From assembly GCA_946623125.1 (NCBI GenBank), contig CAMOQR010000001.1, forward strand, positions 2,178-66,177: 64,000 nt of DNA, given 5' to 3'. The position numbers and the translations under genes are program-made. The DNA comes from an uncultured Bacillales bacterium. Its GTDB lineage: Bacteria; Bacillota_I; Bacilli_A; RF39; UBA660. Of the stretch, positions 48,921 to 59,183 are shown piece by piece (the stretch's first letter is position 1; every line of letters starts with the position of its first letter). The notes under the pieces were generated by a model. It had not been told where the DNA came from, ran no database searches, and saw nothing but the letters and a program-made list of their open reading frames with translations.

Positions 48921-50099
48921 TTAAAACAAAAATAAATTTAATTTTTTTAATAGTTGTAAATAAGGTTTATTTTCTGTAGAATGAGGCTCATCATCAAAAT
49001 AGCCAAGCAACTCAGCAAGTTCCTCATTTGTAGGATTTATATCTTTTTTACGAATAGACGTATGAACCTTACCAATTGATACCCAATTTGTAATTTGTTG
49101 AGAAGAACTATTTAACAGCATTTTTGCAAGACCTTCAACATCATAATCATTAATCAATTTTCGGTAATCATGAGCCATAATACCAGTAATCAAAACAGGT
49201 GCCAAACCTTGATTTAATAAATTATAATTCATAAGAATACGACCAGTTCTACCATTACCATCTGTAAAAGGATGAATACGTTCAAAACGAATATGAAAAA
49301 TTGCTTCTCTTCTAAATAGATTACAAGTACGCTCATATTTTTCCTCAGGCGTAATTCCAGCCTCAGATGGATCTTTAATATCTAGTCCAAAACCTTCTTT
49401 ATATTCAGCAAATAATTTTTGCATTTCAAATGGGACATTTTTTTTATCAACAGGTGTAAATGTTGCACCAAAGATAGCATTATTAGTACGTTTAAAACCA
49501 ACCTCATGATTATCATCACTTGCATTAACAATTGAATTAATCTTTATAACATCACGAATAGTAATCTCAGGTAGGCTAATAGCATAATCAAAAGCATTTA
49601 AATTATCTTTTTGCATATTATAAGCCTTCTCATAAGCCATCTTTCTTTGTGGCAAATTATAAAACAAAGTATCAAGGTTTCGAAAAGTTGCTCTTTTATC
49701 AAATTCACCATCTTCTGAATAAATACTAAAGAACGGAAGATAAGGATCAAAGTAAGAAAAATACTTTTGAAACAATTCTTCAATATTATGATCATCACCC
49801 ATTGCTTCAGAAAAAACACCAAAATGTGCCCCTTTAAAAACAATCATTTTATGCATTTCAGAAAGAATAGCCCTCTTCTTTGCAGAATCCAATGACTTAA
49901 AATACTGATTGGATTCTTGATTCATAGAAGAATTAATAATTAAATCGAATTGATCTAACTCTTTAAAAGCCTCCTCAATAGATAAACTAGAATGAGAAAA
50001 AGCCTCCTTAAAACGATTGATTAAATACTCAAATAATTCATAGGGAAATACTTGACCAAAAACAAAAATATCCTTTCCTTTTTCAAACATAAACTTCAC
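48921..50099 (-). CDS. Fic/Doc-family protein (AMPylator family)
   Basis: Canonical Fic motif HPFTDGNGRTGR, with an N-terminal extension of about 200 aa. Confidence 0.85.
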   Translation of the reverse strand: MKFMFEKGKDIFVFGQVFPYELFEYLINRFKEAFSHSSLSIEEAFKELDQFDLIINSSMNQESNQYFKSLDSAKKRAILSEMHKMIVFKGAHFGVFSEAMGDDHNIEELFQKYFSYFDPYLPFFSIYSEDGEFDKRATFRNLDTLFYNLPQRKMAYEKAYNMQKDNLNAFDYAISLPEITIRDVIKINSIVNASDDNHEVGFKRTNNAIFGATFTPVDKKNVPFEMQKLFAEYKEGFGLDIKDPSEAGITPEEKYERTCNLFRREAIFHIRFERIHPFTDGNGRTGRILMNYNLLNQGLAPVLITGIMAHDYRKLINDYDVEGLAKMLLNSSSQQITNWVSIGKVHTSIRKKDINPTNEELAELLGYFDDEPHSTENKPYLQLLKKLNLFLF

Positions 50100-50171
50100 C
50101 CCTCATATTGCGCTCATTATACCACAAAACAAGGAAAAAATCAAATAAAAAGAAAATAAGAGAAAAATCTC

Positions 50172-52586
50172 TTATTTTACAACAATATTAACAATCTTTC
50201 CTTTAATAACAATTACTTTAACAATTTCTTTTCCATCAATATGTTTTTTTACATTTTCACAATCTAATGCAGCCTGACGAATCATATCTTCATTATCATC
50301 AATAGAAATAGTAATTGTTGAACGAACCTTTCCATTAACTTGAACAGCAATTTCTTTAGTAGATTCAATTGTTTTTTCTTCATCATAAACAGGCCAAGAG
50401 CCCTCACAAATAGGAGTATAACCTAATTCTTCATTTAATTCTTCTGTAATATGAGGAGCAATTGGATTCAATAAAGTTAAAATTAAATGATAATCCTCTT
50501 TTGTAATACTATCACACTCATCATAAGCATTTGCAAGTATCATTAAAGATGAAATAACAGTATTATATCCCATATGCATCATATCATACTCAATTTTCTT
50601 AATAGTTTTATTTTGAAGAGCCTCTAATTTTTCTGTAAATCCCTCATGATCATTAACTTTATCCCTCATACGAATAATCTTATCCAAGAAACGTTTACAT
50701 CCTCTTAAAGAATCCGTACTCCAAGGAGCATCCATCTGATAATCTCCCATAAACATCTCATAAGTACGCAAAGTATCTGCTCCATATTCCTTAACGATAT
50801 CATCCGGATTAATAACATTTCCTTTAGACTTACTCATTTTTTGATTATCAGAACCCAAAACCATACCATGACTGACACGAGTCCAAATCATTTCTTTATT
50901 TGGCACTAATCCAATATTATATAAGAATTGAACCCAAAATCTTGCATATAACAAATGTCTTGCAGTATGTTCCATACCACCATTATACCAATCAACACGA
51001 TTCCAATATTTCATAGCATCCATTGATGCAAAACAATCTTTATTATGAGGATCCATAAAACGTAAGAAATACCATGAAGAACCAGCCCAGTTAGGCATTG
51101 TATCGGTTTCTCTTTTAGCATCATGGCCACATTTTGGACATTTACAATTAACCCAATCTTCAATATTGGCAAGAGGACTTTCCCCATCTTCAGTAGGTTC
51201 ATACTCTGCAACATCTGGTAATAATAATGGTAAATCCTCTTCATTTAAAGGTACCCATCCGCATTTAGGACAATTTACCATTGGGATAGGCTCACCCCAG
51301 AATCTCTGACGAGAAAAAATCCAATCTCTCATCTTATAATTAGCAACTCTCTTACCTAAACCTTTTTCCTCAATCATATTAGATATTTCTACACGAGCCT
51401 GATCAACAGTCATACCATCAAACTCAGAAGAATTTATCATCTTATATCCATGACCCATATACTCAGTTTTCTCAATAGCATGTTCTGAAATATCTCCACA
51501 ATCAATAACCTGAATAATTTCAAGATTATGTTCCTTTGCATATTCAAAATCTCTTTGATCATGACTTGGTACAGCCATAACAGCACCAGTTCCATAATCC
51601 CCTAATACAAAATCACCTAAGAAAATTGGAACCTCTTTCCCATTAACAGGATTAATTGCCTTAATTCCTTTAACTTCAACACCAGTTTTTCCTTTATTAA
51701 GTTCCGTACGATCCATCGCTGACTTTAAAGAAGTCTCTTTTATATATGCCTCAACTTCCTCTTTATTTTCAACACGAGGCATCAATTCTTTAATTAATTT
51801 TCCATCCGGTGCAATAACGAAAAATGTAATACCGTAAATAGTTTCAGGACAAGTCGTAAAAATACTAAACTTACCACCACCAACAATATCAATATTAACC
51901 TCTACACCTTCACTCTTACCAATCCAATTAATCTGACCCAATTTAACTCTTTCTGCAAAATTAGTATCATCTAATCCCTTTAATAAATCTTCAGAGTAAT
52001 CACTCATACGAAGCATCCACTGACTCTTCTCTTTCTGTTCAACAACACTTCCACATCTTTCACAAACACCGCCAGCAGCATCTTCATTGCTTAAAACACT
52101 TTTACAAGTAGGACACCAATTAACAGGAATTGTATCTTTATAAGCCATTCCATGTTTATAAAACTGTAAAAATTGCCATTGAGTCCACTTATAATATTCA
52201 GGATCTGTTGTAGAAAATTCACGATCCCAATCAAATGAAAAACCAAGAGACTTCATTTGACCTTTAAATGTAGCAATATTTTCTTTAACAGCCTCTTTTG
52301 GATGAATATGATTCTTAATAGCATATTGTTCAGCAGGTGCCCCAAAAGCATCCCAACCCATAGGATACAATACGTTATATCCTTGCATTCTCATCATTCT
52401 AGCAATTGCATCTTGAGCAGTATAACTACGAACATGTCCAACATGTAATCCAGAACCACTTGGATAAGGAAACTCAACTAAAATATAATAAGGTTTTTTA
52501 GTAGTATCTCCGTTTATAGCACAAAAAGATTTATGCTTATCCCAATAATCTTGCCATTTTTTCTCAATAATATTAAAACTATCCAT
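50172..52586 (-). CDS. leuS: Leucine--tRNA ligase
   Basis: HVGH (HIGH) motif, KMSKS, CP1 editing domain; 804 aa. Confidence 0.95.
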   Translation of the reverse strand: MDSFNIIEKKWQDYWDKHKSFCAINGDTTKKPYYILVEFPYPSGSGLHVGHVRSYTAQDAIARMMRMQGYNVLYPMGWDAFGAPAEQYAIKNHIHPKEAVKENIATFKGQMKSLGFSFDWDREFSTTDPEYYKWTQWQFLQFYKHGMAYKDTIPVNWCPTCKSVLSNEDAAGGVCERCGSVVEQKEKSQWMLRMSDYSEDLLKGLDDTNFAERVKLGQINWIGKSEGVEVNIDIVGGGKFSIFTTCPETIYGITFFVIAPDGKLIKELMPRVENKEEVEAYIKETSLKSAMDRTELNKGKTGVEVKGIKAINPVNGKEVPIFLGDFVLGDYGTGAVMAVPSHDQRDFEYAKEHNLEIIQVIDCGDISEHAIEKTEYMGHGYKMINSSEFDGMTVDQARVEISNMIEEKGLGKRVANYKMRDWIFSRQRFWGEPIPMVNCPKCGWVPLNEEDLPLLLPDVAEYEPTEDGESPLANIEDWVNCKCPKCGHDAKRETDTMPNWAGSSWYFLRFMDPHNKDCFASMDAMKYWNRVDWYNGGMEHTARHLLYARFWVQFLYNIGLVPNKEMIWTRVSHGMVLGSDNQKMSKSKGNVINPDDIVKEYGADTLRTYEMFMGDYQMDAPWSTDSLRGCKRFLDKIIRMRDKVNDHEGFTEKLEALQNKTIKKIEYDMMHMGYNTVISSLMILANAYDECDSITKEDYHLILTLLNPIAPHITEELNEELGYTPICEGSWPVYDEEKTIESTKEIAVQVNGKVRSTITISIDDNEDMIRQAALDCENVKKHIDGKEIVKVIVIKGKIVNIVVK

Positions 52587-52947
52587 TTTTAACCATTCCC
52601 TTCTTTTTATAAAATAAATATACCAAATGATAACTAATCACAATAAAAATACTAATAGAAATAATACCAATAAGTATTTTTAAAATAAAATTATCAATAG
52701 CGCTAACAATACTAACAGTAACTGAAATATCAAAAGATGAAACAATAGCACATATTTGTAATAACCGAGAATAAGATATCTTATCAAAATCTAAAGAATA
52801 CTTTGATTTTAAATAAACAACCTCTAATAATTCTTTATTATTCTTCTTACGAGTCTTCCCTCTTCTCACGATAGGAATAATAATAAAGAACTGATATATC
52901 AAATAGAGGAGTAAAAAAGTTAATAAAAATAACATCAATTCTTCCAT
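52579..52947 (-). CDS. Small two-TM membrane protein co-transcribed with leuS
   Basis: Strong RBS (GGAGGT 7 nt upstream of the ATG), two hydrophobic helices, 8-nt overlap with leuS. It is the first ORF after the T-box. Confidence 0.5.
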   Translation of the reverse strand: MEELMLFLLTFLLLYLIYQFFIIIPIVRRGKTRKKNNKELLEVVYLKSKYSLDFDKISYSRLLQICAIVSSFDISVTVSIVSAIDNFILKILIGIISISIFIVISYHLVYLFYKKKGMVKNG

Positions 52948-52964
52948 AATACCTCCAAAAAAAA

Positions 52965-53175
52965 ACTATAAATTTAAGGACGAATTACTCGCGGTACCAC
53001 CTTAATTTATAGCATAAACCATACACTTTGAATCGATAACGGAATTACCCAATTGCTCCCAAGACAAGTTCAAAATAAGATAATCATCTATTTACACCAA
53101 ACATAGACTCTCTATAGACCTCTTAAATCTACTACTTCTCAGTCATCACAAAATATAAACTTATTATAACACAAA
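52965..53175 (-). promoter_or_regulatory. T-box riboswitch leader (Leu) with an extended -10 promoter
   Basis: The minus strand has AATTAAGGTGGTACCGCGAG (52992-53009) followed by a hairpin and U9. CUU triplets are present in the upstream stem region. TGTTATAAT lies at 53165-53173. Confidence 0.7.
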
Positions 53176-53196
53176 AAATAAAAAATAAAAGAAAAA

Positions 53197-54567
53197 TTAA
53201 TCATCTATTAATTTTTCTTTTTTATAACAATCATAATAAATAGAAAAAACAATCAATAAAAAGAGTGTTACAAAAGCAACAAAAACAGTAATTAAAGAAG
53301 AAGTCTGGGGATTTGTAAATTTTTTTTGAAAAGAAACATTAACCATAACTTTTGAATTAGGCATAATAAAACGATAATTAGAAACCGATACATCGTTTCC
53401 GTAAAAATCCGTAACATGAATAGATTTTACTTCATATCCACTTGTTTCTTTAATCTTAATTTGTATTTCTTCTCCCGCAACAGCATTTTCTTTATTAACA
53501 GAAACATTTCCGCCTTCACTTGATACAACACTAATCTCACTGGAAAGATTTAAATATAATATTCTCCACTTTGTTTGTTCTCCAAATTCATTAGAAGGCT
53601 TAGGAGAATAGGATAGAAATAAGATTTTATTATTATATTCTCCAATAACAAAATTCCCCAAAAGGAATCTTTCCTCTTCATTCAATATTGTAATAGGAGT
53701 ACTATTAAGTAAAACTCCATCAGAAGAATACTCATCAAAAGACGTATAATAATTTTCTGTATCCTCAAAAGAAACATAAAAATGATCATCTTTAACAATT
53801 AAATTACCATAATAAATAGTTTCATGATTCTTCTCCCATACAATATTATCATTTTTTAAAAATTTAAATCCCGCATTTTTTCCTTCAAAATTAGTATACG
53901 ACATTAAGTAACCACCATTAAACTTTGAAAAAAACATCATCAATTCAGAAGACTTATCTATAGAATCATGAAAACGCTTAAAAGCATAAATCATATCACA
54001 TACATCATCACTCTCAGATGACAAATCATTCGTTGTAAGATAAGTATAAGACTTAAAATCATCACTCACCTTAATTGCCACATAATTAGAAGATAAAATT
54101 CCCTCATTTAAAATATAATAAGAATTATTATACTCCTCAATAAACATACTAGAAGAGATGGCAGTTTTTTGAAAATTAGACTCAACAACTTGAAAAGACT
54201 CATCAAAATACGTTACTTGCACACCAGTGCCACCAGATAAAGAAAGCCCAACTGCCAAGTATCCACCAGTAACCTTTTTAATTGAAGTATAAAAAATACG
54301 TTGACTTAAAGAGGTAACCATAGTAGAACTTTCATTATTTATATCAATTGAATAAACAGTACCATAACCATACATAGATGTATAATGTATACAATAGATA
54401 TTAGAATTATAAGGAGATGTACAAGCCATGTAAGTACCCGCTGAAGAATCAAAATCAGCACTTTCTGTAAACTGATAAGTATTAATAGCATAAACTCCAC
54501 TTACATGAAACAAAAAAATGAGAAATGAGAAAAATAAATAATAAAATATTTTTTTCACACCGAACAC
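53197..54567 (-). CDS. Surface repeat protein (signal peptide, C-terminal TM anchor), paralog of the 34940-36139 protein
   Basis: Signal peptide LIFLFHVSGVYA, shared GYL(A/M)(V/S)(G/Y) motifs, and a C-terminal TM ITVFVAFVTLFLLIVFSIYY. Confidence 0.45.
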   Translation of the reverse strand: MFGVKKIFYYLFFSFLIFLFHVSGVYAINTYQFTESADFDSSAGTYMACTSPYNSNIYCIHYTSMYGYGTVYSIDINNESSTMVTSLSQRIFYTSIKKVTGGYLAVGLSLSGGTGVQVTYFDESFQVVESNFQKTAISSSMFIEEYNNSYYILNEGILSSNYVAIKVSDDFKSYTYLTTNDLSSESDDVCDMIYAFKRFHDSIDKSSELMMFFSKFNGGYLMSYTNFEGKNAGFKFLKNDNIVWEKNHETIYYGNLIVKDDHFYVSFEDTENYYTSFDEYSSDGVLLNSTPITILNEEERFLLGNFVIGEYNNKILFLSYSPKPSNEFGEQTKWRILYLNLSSEISVVSSEGGNVSVNKENAVAGEEIQIKIKETSGYEVKSIHVTDFYGNDVSVSNYRFIMPNSKVMVNVSFQKKFTNPQTSSLITVFVAFVTLFLLIVFSIYYDCYKKEKLIDD

Positions 54568-56997
54568 CTACACTTCTCCAATATAATCCAAAAGTTTCAA
54601 AAATAACCCCATATATTCTTTAGATAAACCATTCTTTGTTAATTTACGAATAGCAATTCTTTTACGATCAATTGCCTCATTACTAAATAATATTTTAGCA
54701 ATATCCTCTTTTAAATAAGTATTAATCTTTAGATCCATTAAAATACTATCTAATTCATCATTAACTAAACGAATCGAATCAATATCAATATTTTCTCCCT
54801 TACAATTAATTGTTAATTGACCAATTGTAGGTACACCATTTAATTCAACTACAAAATCATTTCCATCCACATAATTATGAGAATCCAAACGATCATTATT
54901 AAAGAAAGCAGAAACAATATCTGGATGTTTTGTATTACGAAAAACAATTTTATAATTACGTCTTTCAGGAACAATACCATTTTTTCCATCAACAGAACGA
55001 ATCATAACAGTATAATTATCAGTCATATAATTATAATCAATATTAGTCTTTAAAAAGTAGCCTTCACGGTATAAAGAAGTAATTCCATCATCTTCGTATA
55101 AAGAATAAGTATTACTAGCACCAGGGAAGAAATGAATTTCAAGATCAGTAGGAAGTCCAATATTATTGTAACCACTTTTATTAGAAAAAGGAATAATAGA
55201 CCCTTCATGAGCAAAAACCGGATAATCATCTTCTTTGAAAAAGGCAACATATTTTTTATTACCAGGAAATTTTTTACCAGTAAATAAATCAAACCAAACA
55301 CCATCAGGAACATAAAAACGATGAATGGTACGATTCATAACAGGATCCTTTGGCTCCAAAATAGGACATACTAATAATTGAGATCCATAATAATACTGGT
55401 TTTTATAAATAGGATCATCATAAACCCACATATAATTATAATAAAAAGGTTGTATGATAGGAGTTCCTGATTTTGTATAATTATAAGCCTCTGTATAAAT
55501 ATAAGGAATTAAACGATGACGTAGTCTCATATAATCTCCAACAATTTTCAAAGTCTTAGCATCCCATAACCAAGGCTCTCTTTTATAATAACGACCACGG
55601 GCTGCATGGAATCTCATAATAGGACCAAAAGCACTTAATTGAACATAACGAATAAAAAGTTCCCCATCTTCCATACCACCATGATTACCACCAACATCAT
55701 GACTCCACCAACTAACACCAATATTAGAAGCATTTAAATACATAAAGGGAAGTTCCTTTAAACTCTTCCAACTAACCTCAGAAGAACCTCCATATAAAAC
55801 AGGATAACGATGAGGAGCATAAACAACACCTCTACCAAGAATAAGAGGTCTTTTTTCTCCCTTACGGCCAGAATCTAAATACAAATAATGATTAATACTC
55901 CAAAGCTTTGTAACATCCATATCCCCTGTAGAATCGTTCCAAAAAAAATCAACACCAAGAGACTCTAAGGGATGAAGAAACATCTTAAACATAACATCAA
56001 TATGTTTAGGATTCAATGGATCAAAAGGTATTTTAGAACCATTAGAAACTCCTAAATACTTAGATGCTTGTGGATAATACTGTTCATGAGGATAAAAACC
56101 ACCTGTTGGATTAATAACCAAACCAACCTTAACACCTCTTCTATGAAACTCTTGAATCATAGAAGCAGGATCTTTAATAAGTTCCGTATTAAAAGTATAA
56201 CCAGCCTTTAATTTTTTCTCTTTATCAGTATTACGAATATGCCAATCATGATCTAATAAAAGAACAGAAATAGGAATATCTTCCTTTTCAAATCTCATCA
56301 AAAGATTATGTAGACGTTCATCATCATATATTGTATTACGACTCCACCAATTACCCAAAGCATAACGAGGAATCAAAGGAGGGGCTCCAGTCATTTTAAA
56401 ATAATCAAACAATGCTTGTTTAAAATCTTTATCATACATAAAAACATACATATCAAAATGTTTAGGATCAGGATCGGTTAAAGTTCCATCTTCAGCAATT
56501 ATCTTACTATAACTATCATCTAAAGATGCAAAACCATCCAATGAATATAATCCTCTTTGTAAGTTTTCTGGAATATTAACATCAATACTTACCATATTTC
56601 CCATCATGTTCTTTGCTTCAGGATGTCCAACATACCAATCTTTTCTACGATCTTTATCTTTAGAATTTAACGTAATTTTTAAATACTTCATAGGTTCAAC
56701 CGTAGTACCTAAAAAAGGTTTTCCTTTTAAGTAAGTTAAAACGAAATATTTGGTACTAATTTCCACAACATGAGCATCCTGACGAACAGAATAATCTGGT
56801 AATCCAATATTTCTTTTTTTAATTAATTGAGTTGGTTTATCTAAAAATTGTCCATTAGGAGAATATTCAAGGCGCACAATTCTTTCACTAATAAGAGTAA
56901 TACGATATTTTTCTCCCTGTATAATCGCTTTCTTATCACCCTTAGCCTTTGAATAATCAATTTCAAAATGTTTTCCAAGTGGATACATACCAAACAC
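54568..56997 (-). CDS. Glycoside hydrolase family 31-like (alpha-glucosidase/alpha-xylosidase type), cytoplasmic
   Basis: GH31-like N-terminal beta-sandwich and a (beta/alpha)8 region (KAGYTF...GVKVGLVINP, DFFWNDSTGDMD); no signal peptide. Confidence 0.55.
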   Translation of the reverse strand: MFGMYPLGKHFEIDYSKAKGDKKAIIQGEKYRITLISERIVRLEYSPNGQFLDKPTQLIKKRNIGLPDYSVRQDAHVVEISTKYFVLTYLKGKPFLGTTVEPMKYLKITLNSKDKDRRKDWYVGHPEAKNMMGNMVSIDVNIPENLQRGLYSLDGFASLDDSYSKIIAEDGTLTDPDPKHFDMYVFMYDKDFKQALFDYFKMTGAPPLIPRYALGNWWSRNTIYDDERLHNLLMRFEKEDIPISVLLLDHDWHIRNTDKEKKLKAGYTFNTELIKDPASMIQEFHRRGVKVGLVINPTGGFYPHEQYYPQASKYLGVSNGSKIPFDPLNPKHIDVMFKMFLHPLESLGVDFFWNDSTGDMDVTKLWSINHYLYLDSGRKGEKRPLILGRGVVYAPHRYPVLYGGSSEVSWKSLKELPFMYLNASNIGVSWWSHDVGGNHGGMEDGELFIRYVQLSAFGPIMRFHAARGRYYKREPWLWDAKTLKIVGDYMRLRHRLIPYIYTEAYNYTKSGTPIIQPFYYNYMWVYDDPIYKNQYYYGSQLLVCPILEPKDPVMNRTIHRFYVPDGVWFDLFTGKKFPGNKKYVAFFKEDDYPVFAHEGSIIPFSNKSGYNNIGLPTDLEIHFFPGASNTYSLYEDDGITSLYREGYFLKTNIDYNYMTDNYTVMIRSVDGKNGIVPERRNYKIVFRNTKHPDIVSAFFNNDRLDSHNYVDGNDFVVELNGVPTIGQLTINCKGENIDIDSIRLVNDELDSILMDLKINTYLKEDIAKILFSNEAIDRKRIAIRKLTKNGLSKEYMGLFLKLLDYIGEV

Positions 56998-57073
56998 CTT
57001 CTTATTATTCTAATAACATAATACCATAATAAAATAAAATTACCAAGAAAAACCATAATTCTTTTTCATAAAA

Positions 57074-57098
57074 AAAAGACTCAAAAAAGTCTTTTTAC
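57074..57098 (-). terminator. Terminator after the zinc-ribbon membrane protein gene
   Basis: AAAGACT-CAAAAAA-GTCTTT followed by a T-run. Confidence 0.45.
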
Positions 57099-57107
57099 GT
57101 CAAAATA

Positions 57108-58004
57108 TTAAGAATTATTATTAGAATTTGTATTATCTGAAGATTGTCTTGTTGTAGAATATTCATAAGTCTCCGAATGACTTCTCGTAGTAGTTTTTCC
57201 TCCACTCTTACTATTATCATTTCCAGTATTTGAAGAATCTTTTGTAGTCTCTTTAGTAGTCTCTTTTGTAGAAGAATAAGTTTCTTTATGAATATCATCA
57301 AAAACAGCAGTATCATTAATATCTGCAACAACCTCTAAAGCACTTGTCCAATCTCCACTTTCAAAAGTTTCAATAACACCCATTGTCGTATATCGATTAC
57401 CTAAAGGAGTCATATATAAATACTTCATTTTACCACTAACACGAATTGTACATATAATAAACTCTCGAGAAGCAACATCTCTCTTATCAATGGATTCAAC
57501 CTCGTAATTATTAGCCTCTAAATCTTCTCGAACAAATTCCAAATCACTAGAATACATATCATAATCATCATCTGTATTACGATAAGATAATGTATAATTC
57601 TTATCATCAGAAATATATAAAGTACTACCCTGAACATCATGATTCAAAGACTTTGGAACAGTAATCTCATAATCATCTATATGTAGAGTCTCATCACCAG
57701 TAACTACCGTAGGTTGAGGAACAACTTCCTCCTCATGAGAATTATTAGACAACGTATAAATAATAACAAGAATAGATACTATGATAATGACAGATAATCC
57801 AGCATATATTAAAATATCAGTAATACGAATTTTCTTTTTCTTACTCTTTTTCTTTACTGATTTTAATTTATAACCAGTAGGTCCATTCATAGAACCATTA
57901 GAAGAACTACTGCTTTCTAAATCATCATCATCAACATAATTTCCACATTCTAAGCAATACTTTATTCCCGGTTTTAAATCAGCTCCACAATTTTTACAAA
58001 CCAT
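57108..58004 (-). CDS. Zinc-ribbon membrane protein (cytoplasmic Zn ribbon, TM, extracellular domain, S/T-rich tail)
   Basis: CKNCG...CLECG ribbon, a basic stretch, TM LIYAGLSVIIIVSILVIIY, and a TKETTKETTKD low-complexity tail. Confidence 0.55.
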   Translation of the reverse strand: MVCKNCGADLKPGIKYCLECGNYVDDDDLESSSSSNGSMNGPTGYKLKSVKKKSKKKKIRITDILIYAGLSVIIIVSILVIIYTLSNNSHEEEVVPQPTVVTGDETLHIDDYEITVPKSLNHDVQGSTLYISDDKNYTLSYRNTDDDYDMYSSDLEFVREDLEANNYEVESIDKRDVASREFIICTIRVSGKMKYLYMTPLGNRYTTMGVIETFESGDWTSALEVVADINDTAVFDDIHKETYSSTKETTKETTKDSSNTGNDNSKSGGKTTTRSHSETYEYSTTRQSSDNTNSNNNS

Positions 58005-58018
58005 ATAATCACCCTTTA

Positions 58019-59158
58019 CTATTTATCTAAAAAAATTGCATAATATTCTTCCAATGCCATATTATTATGTTCATAGATATATTTTGCAATATCTTTACCA
58101 ACGTACCGATAATGCCAAGGTTCACTTCGAAACCCAGTCAAATCTTCATATCTTTTATCAAATCTTAAAACAAAACCATATCGATAAGCATTATCTTGCA
58201 TCCAAGTATATTCTTTTGAATTAGCAAAAATATTAACATCACGACTACCAATATCAAAAGCAAGCCCTGTCTGATGCTCAGAAAATCCAGGTTTCGCAAC
58301 ATATTTATCAACATAGGATTGTCCATAAGTCTTTAAATACAATTCTGTTAAATCAACTTGATCTTGATAACTACGATAACTAGAATTAATAACCAAATGA
58401 TACCCATCTTTTTCGGCCGCTTCATACATTTCAACAAAAGCATTTAATGCAAGCCTACTACATTCTAAAGCATCATCTGATGCATACTTTGCATCAATTG
58501 TAGTTAAATCAGAAGGTACAAAATCTTCCTTTAATTGTCGATGCTTATTTACAAGCATATCAAGAGAAAACTTAGAAACAGTAACAGGATCAGAATAGTC
58601 ATCTTGATCTAAATTCAGATTAACATAAAGCACAGTATCATATTCACTATCACCAGTCTCATCAGAATACTGAACATATCGATCATAATTTTCAAGTTTA
58701 GCAAAATCAAAAGAAAAAAACTCTTCTAAATAACGAACCTTATCTCTTTTCGTAAATTCTGAAACACTCTCATCTGTACCATGACTAAGTATAATATTAA
58801 TATCACTATTACTATATCCAATTTTAAGTAATTTATTGATATTTTGAATTAAATGTTTATGAGGAACATATTTAATTTTAGAATAGTTTTCCAAATTATT
58901 CTCATCAAAATCATTACTTTCAAAAGCAAGATTTAAAGTCTTATTTTCACCAATAGACATTACATAATCCTTATTCTTAGAAAATAATATATTTTTACTT
59001 GAAGTTCTACTATAACCAATTTTAGTTAAATCATATATTTGTTTCTCATAAAAGATAAATATACCAAGAAAAATACAGAATATAATTGCCAAAGTCTTTA
59101 AAACTTTTTGAAAAACAGGATTTAACTTAATTCTTTTTATCTTTCTCAAGTATACCAC
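58019..59158 (-). CDS. Peptidase M15B, VanY-type D-alanyl-D-alanine carboxypeptidase, membrane-anchored
   Basis: SSYRSYQDQ...AKPGFSEHQTGLAFDI (VanY/M15 zinc-binding motifs) with an N-terminal TM. Confidence 0.7.
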   Translation of the reverse strand: MVYLRKIKRIKLNPVFQKVLKTLAIIFCIFLGIFIFYEKQIYDLTKIGYSRTSSKNILFSKNKDYVMSIGENKTLNLAFESNDFDENNLENYSKIKYVPHKHLIQNINKLLKIGYSNSDINIILSHGTDESVSEFTKRDKVRYLEEFFSFDFAKLENYDRYVQYSDETGDSEYDTVLYVNLNLDQDDYSDPVTVSKFSLDMLVNKHRQLKEDFVPSDLTTIDAKYASDDALECSRLALNAFVEMYEAAEKDGYHLVINSSYRSYQDQVDLTELYLKTYGQSYVDKYVAKPGFSEHQTGLAFDIGSRDVNIFANSKEYTWMQDNAYRYGFVLRFDKRYEDLTGFRSEPWHYRYVGKDIAKYIYEHNNMALEEYYAIFLDK

Positions 59159-59183
59159 CCTATATTAATAATAACATAATTAA

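Noticed and set aside
37995-53175. Near-identical 30-nt segments at 38020-38050 and 52980-53010, considered as dispersed repeats or a mobile-element signature.
   Set aside because: They are the conserved T-box/terminator cores of two T-box riboswitches in front of aminoacyl-tRNA synthetase operons.
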